Source: a virus (taxonomy: Duplodnaviria; Caudoviricetes). From it: a DNA stretch of 49,030 nucleotides. This document shows, piece after piece, positions 46,360 through 49,030 of the stretch (position 1 is the first letter of the stretch; the number at the start of each line of letters is the position of its first letter). The notes under the pieces are model-generated. The model was not told where the DNA came from, did not search any database, and saw only the letters and a list, made by a program, of their open reading frames with translations. The position numbers and the translations under genes were made by a program. The stretch covers positions 1 to 49,030 of the IMG/VR virus record IMGVR_UViG_3300005077_001133; one strand, given 5' to 3'.

Positions 46360-47277
46360 TCAAAATGTTTCTAATGTTCCAGTAGATATGTTTACTCTAT
46401 TAGACTCACGTGCTCCAATACGAATACCTTGTACTCCATTTTCATCTATTATAATGGTATCACGAGTTGAAATAGATACATTAAAATCTGCATATAATGG
46501 ACCAGCTATAGTCATTTCTTGAGAAAAATCAACCTGCACATTTGTTATTACACAATTTTCTGCTTCAAACCAATGACCGATTACTACTCGTACTGGTGCA
46601 GGTGCTTGTGTTACATTAATTTCTCCTTCATTAAGTTGAGTGGCTGCTCCACTTCCAACTGCAGCTATATCTTGTGCTAAAGGAATATTTTGATTAGTTG
46701 ATAAACTTTGTATACCTTCTTGAGCTGTATTGATAATTTGATTAATACCTGAATCTTTTGGCAATGAATTAAGCATATCTTTAACAGATGTTCCATTAGT
46801 TTTACGTGGTACACATAAACCAATCATAATTTGTGCTGCTTTAACAGGCATTCCATCATCATCCCAATCCAAAACACGAAAATTTACGTTGAAAGAAAGA
46901 TAACCACTTTGTGTATAAAATTTTCGTGTAACAAGACCAGAATTACTTAATGATGTACCAGCTACTCCCATTACAGTTTGAGCGGCTCCAGCAACAGCTT
47001 GTAAAATACTATTTTGTGATACTAATGAACTAAAAATATTTTCTAATCCAAGTGTGTCCCAGTTTGCTTCTATGGTAAAAGAGATACCTTGAGGTCCTTG
47101 AATAATACCTTTAACACCCACATCAGGACTATTAGTACCAGTTCGTTTTGCGTTTGGTTCAATAAGAATCTTGAATGGACCTGTATTATTATCTGTTGCT
47201 TTTTTATACGTACTTTCATCAAATACAGAAATTTCCCGAAGCTGTGTTATAAAATTTGAAAATCCTGCAAAAGCCAT
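46360..47277 (-). CDS. Tail tube initiator-like protein (gp48/gp54-like)
   Basis: P.PV.V.IG......CVITNV.V.FS......GP..A...V motif; position before gp53. Confidence 0.65.
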   Translation of the reverse strand: MAFAGFSNFITQLREISVFDESTYKKATDNNTGPFKILIEPNAKRTGTNSPDVGVKGIIQGPQGISFTIEANWDTLGLENIFSSLVSQNSILQAVAGAAQTVMGVAGTSLSNSGLVTRKFYTQSGYLSFNVNFRVLDWDDDGMPVKAAQIMIGLCVPRKTNGTSVKDMLNSLPKDSGINQIINTAQEGIQSLSTNQNIPLAQDIAAVGSGAATQLNEGEINVTQAPAPVRVVIGHWFEAENCVITNVQVDFSQEMTIAGPLYADFNVSISTRDTIIIDENGVQGIRIGARESNRVNISTGTLETF

Positions 47278-47279
47278 AA

Positions 47280-49030
47280 TTATCCCCTTGCGTCAACATT
47301 AATTGTTTGACGATTTATTATTTTTGGTGAATGTGCTGCATTAGTTATTACTATTTTAGATATTTGTTCAGCCAACCGACCAATAGATGTGTCATCTAAT
47401 ACAACTTTCATTGCTCCATTTACCATCGCTGTTGGCATAGTTGATGATGGTACATTATTTACATTTGCAATAGCTTGATTGATTCGTCCTGTATTAATTT
47501 TTGTTGGTGATAATGAATAAGCATCACCAATCTGATTCATTGCTTGCGGAGTATCCATTGGAGTTAATATTCCTTCACGAATAGCCGCACGATCGATACC
47601 CTTTGGTTCAATATGCCATGGTTCTGGATTTTTCCAACCATGAACAACACCCGGTTGATGAAATCCCCATTTATTCATAAGACCAAGATTTGCCATTTCA
47701 TTAGCTTCTCTTGAATTGATATCAATAGCATAACCATAATTATGAAGTGATTTACCTGGTTGTGCTGCAAGATTTGGATTTTTACTCGCTAACTCTTTTT
47801 GTTTGGCAACACTTCTAAAAGCAGAATTTAGTTGTACAACATTACCTGTTTTTTTATAATATTCATTAACCATACCAATAAAATTATTCCAAACAGTTGG
47901 TTCCATTCCACTAATATCAACATTATCATTTAATAACCGTAAACCAGTTCCTAAAAATTGTTTTACTTTCACTATTGTGGGTGCTTTTTTTGCTTCTTGG
48001 GTTATTTTTTTAAATAACCCATTAATTTTTCCTGTAGAAACTGGTTTTGGTACATTATTAACACCATTTAATGACGAAACATCTCCTGCTACAGGAGAAG
48101 ATATTTCTGAACCACCCATCAACTGCTGTTTTAATTGTTCTGTACGAGCAACATCGGCATTGGAACCCACAATCAAAGATTTGATTTTGTTCCAGCCTTT
48201 TTTAGCAGTACCTTTAACAGCACCAGCTGTTCCTTTAACTTGTTTGCCAACCCATATAATACCACCAACAACTGGACTAAGTACATCTGCTGCACCCGGA
48301 ACAAGTGCATCAGCTGTTTGTACAAACTTTTCCAAATTACCAATCGGATCATTAACAAAATCATTCATAATTTCCCATATCATTTTAATACTATTTACAA
48401 TTGGATTATCAGTTGCAACTTGTAGTGCTTTTTTACCAACACTAATAACTGCACCTTTAGTCATTGATGCGCCAGCTTTAACCATATCAGCAGCAACATC
48501 AATAATTGGTAATACGCCAGAAATAAAGCCAACCGTACCTGGAAATATATCAGCAACTGAAAGAAGCATCATTTTTGCGCCACTAACTTGCTGACCGCCA
48601 AAGAACATACTCATACCTTCACCAAGCGTCTTCAAACTTTTGAAGAAGCGATTTTCTGTTTTCTTTGGTTTCTTATTGCCACCACCAGTCTCAGCCTTAA
48701 CAGATTTAATGTCACGAAACAAGAGTAAACCATCAATTGCTAAACCAAGTGCAAGTCCTGCACCTGGTACAACAAGATCAAGGAAACCTGATGCTCCAGA
48801 GGCAAGTTCAAGAAGTCCACCAACTATATCACCTTTTTTAAATCTTTGTATACCAAAGATTACACCAAAAATAGAACCAAGTACAGGTATTTGCTTAGCA
48901 GCAGATTTGGATGTAAATTTACCAATGATTTTAGCACCAACTTTTGTCTTTGCAAATCCAGCTATTGCCTTACCAATGCCAGTCTTACCCAACAATTCAC
49001 CAAACAATTTACTAAATATACCTCCTATCG
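47280..49030 (-). CDS. Tape-measure-like tail protein with M15 zinc peptidase domain (5' end outside the window)
   Basis: Gly/Ala-rich helical N-part (KQIPVLG..GDIVGG..E.ASG); SAFRS..Q, A.PG.S.H..G.AID, EPWH; frame open to the window edge. Confidence 0.8.
   Translation of the reverse strand, partial: IGGIFSKLFGELLGKTGIGKAIAGFAKTKVGAKIIGKFTSKSAAKQIPVLGSIFGVIFGIQRFKKGDIVGGLLELASGASGFLDLVVPGAGLALGLAIDGLLLFRDIKSVKAETGGGNKKPKKTENRFFKSLKTLGEGMSMFFGGQQVSGAKMMLLSVADIFPGTVGFISGVLPIIDVAADMVKAGASMTKGAVISVGKKALQVATDNPIVNSIKMIWEIMNDFVNDPIGNLEKFVQTADALVPGAADVLSPVVGGIIWVGKQVKGTAGAVKGTAKKGWNKIKSLIVGSNADVARTEQLKQQLMGGSEISSPVAGDVSSLNGVNNVPKPVSTGKINGLFKKITQEAKKAPTIVKVKQFLGTGLRLLNDNVDISGMEPTVWNNFIGMVNEYYKKTGNVVQLNSAFRSVAKQKELASKNPNLAAQPGKSLHNYGYAIDINSREANEMANLGLMNKWGFHQPGVVHGWKNPEPWHIEPKGIDRAAIREGILTPMDTPQAMNQIGDAYSLSPTKINTGRINQAIANVNNVPSSTMPTAMVNGAMKVVLDDTSIGRLAEQISKIVITNAAHSPKIINRQTINVDARG

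Noticed and set aside
47977-48594. 205-aa plus-strand ORF
   Set aside because: Antisense shadow of the Gly/Ala/Val-rich tape-measure-like gene; no motif or RBS
49005-49026. TTG start at 49007 with upstream AGGAGG
   Set aside because: Frame stays open to the window edge and GGAGGT encodes Gly-Gly in a Gly-rich stretch; the gene more likely starts outside the window
1-49030. Stop-codon reassignment as seen in some large phages
   Set aside because: Genes are full-length and densely packed under the standard code, and TAG, TGA and TAA all end recognisable genes (for example regA and gp3 end in TAG, gp25 in TGA)
1-49030. tRNA genes expected near cca
   Set aside because: No cloverleaf or T-loop signature seen in the few intergenic gaps; tRNAscan-SE would confirm

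Overview
AT-rich segment of a large T4-like (contractile-tailed, probably jumbo) bacteriophage genome read with the standard genetic code. (1) 1-4750: early-type region with four near-identical sigma70-like promoters (TTGACT/TTGTCT-N17-TATATTATTA) arranged as two nested inverted repeats. It holds small ORFs, a mosaic CCA-adding tRNA nucleotidyltransferase preceded by an orphan copy of a cca N-terminus, and a polynucleotide-kinase-like P-loop protein, and ends at a bidirectional terminator. Everything downstream is on the minus strand. (2) 6374-20132: a 15-gene, apparently all-soluble sugar biosynthesis and transfer cluster: several glycosyltransferases, UDP-galactopyranose mutase, NDP-sugar epimerase, CMP-ulosonate synthetase-like enzyme, HpcH aldolase, 2-hydroxyacid dehydrogenase, a minimal split TPP enzyme and two radical SAM enzymes, with no flippase or polymerase. 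(3) 20219-25872: an IS200/IS605-type hairpin scar, probable internal-head proteins with capsid-targeting-like N-termini, a homing-endonuclease-like gene with a structured leader, a gp68-like protein and regA. (4) 25912-49030: tail/baseplate module (gp3, fibre, gp7-like, gp6, gp25, gp5, hub, gp53, tube initiator, tape-measure-like protein with an M15 peptidase). Two large beta-helix proteins, a third radical SAM enzyme and a methyltransferase sit between gp6 and gp7. The best candidate for an undescribed system is phage-encoded virion glycosylation with unusual sugars, possibly aimed at a Ser-Ala motif enriched in the baseplate-associated proteins. All functional calls come from motifs read by eye; no searches were run.
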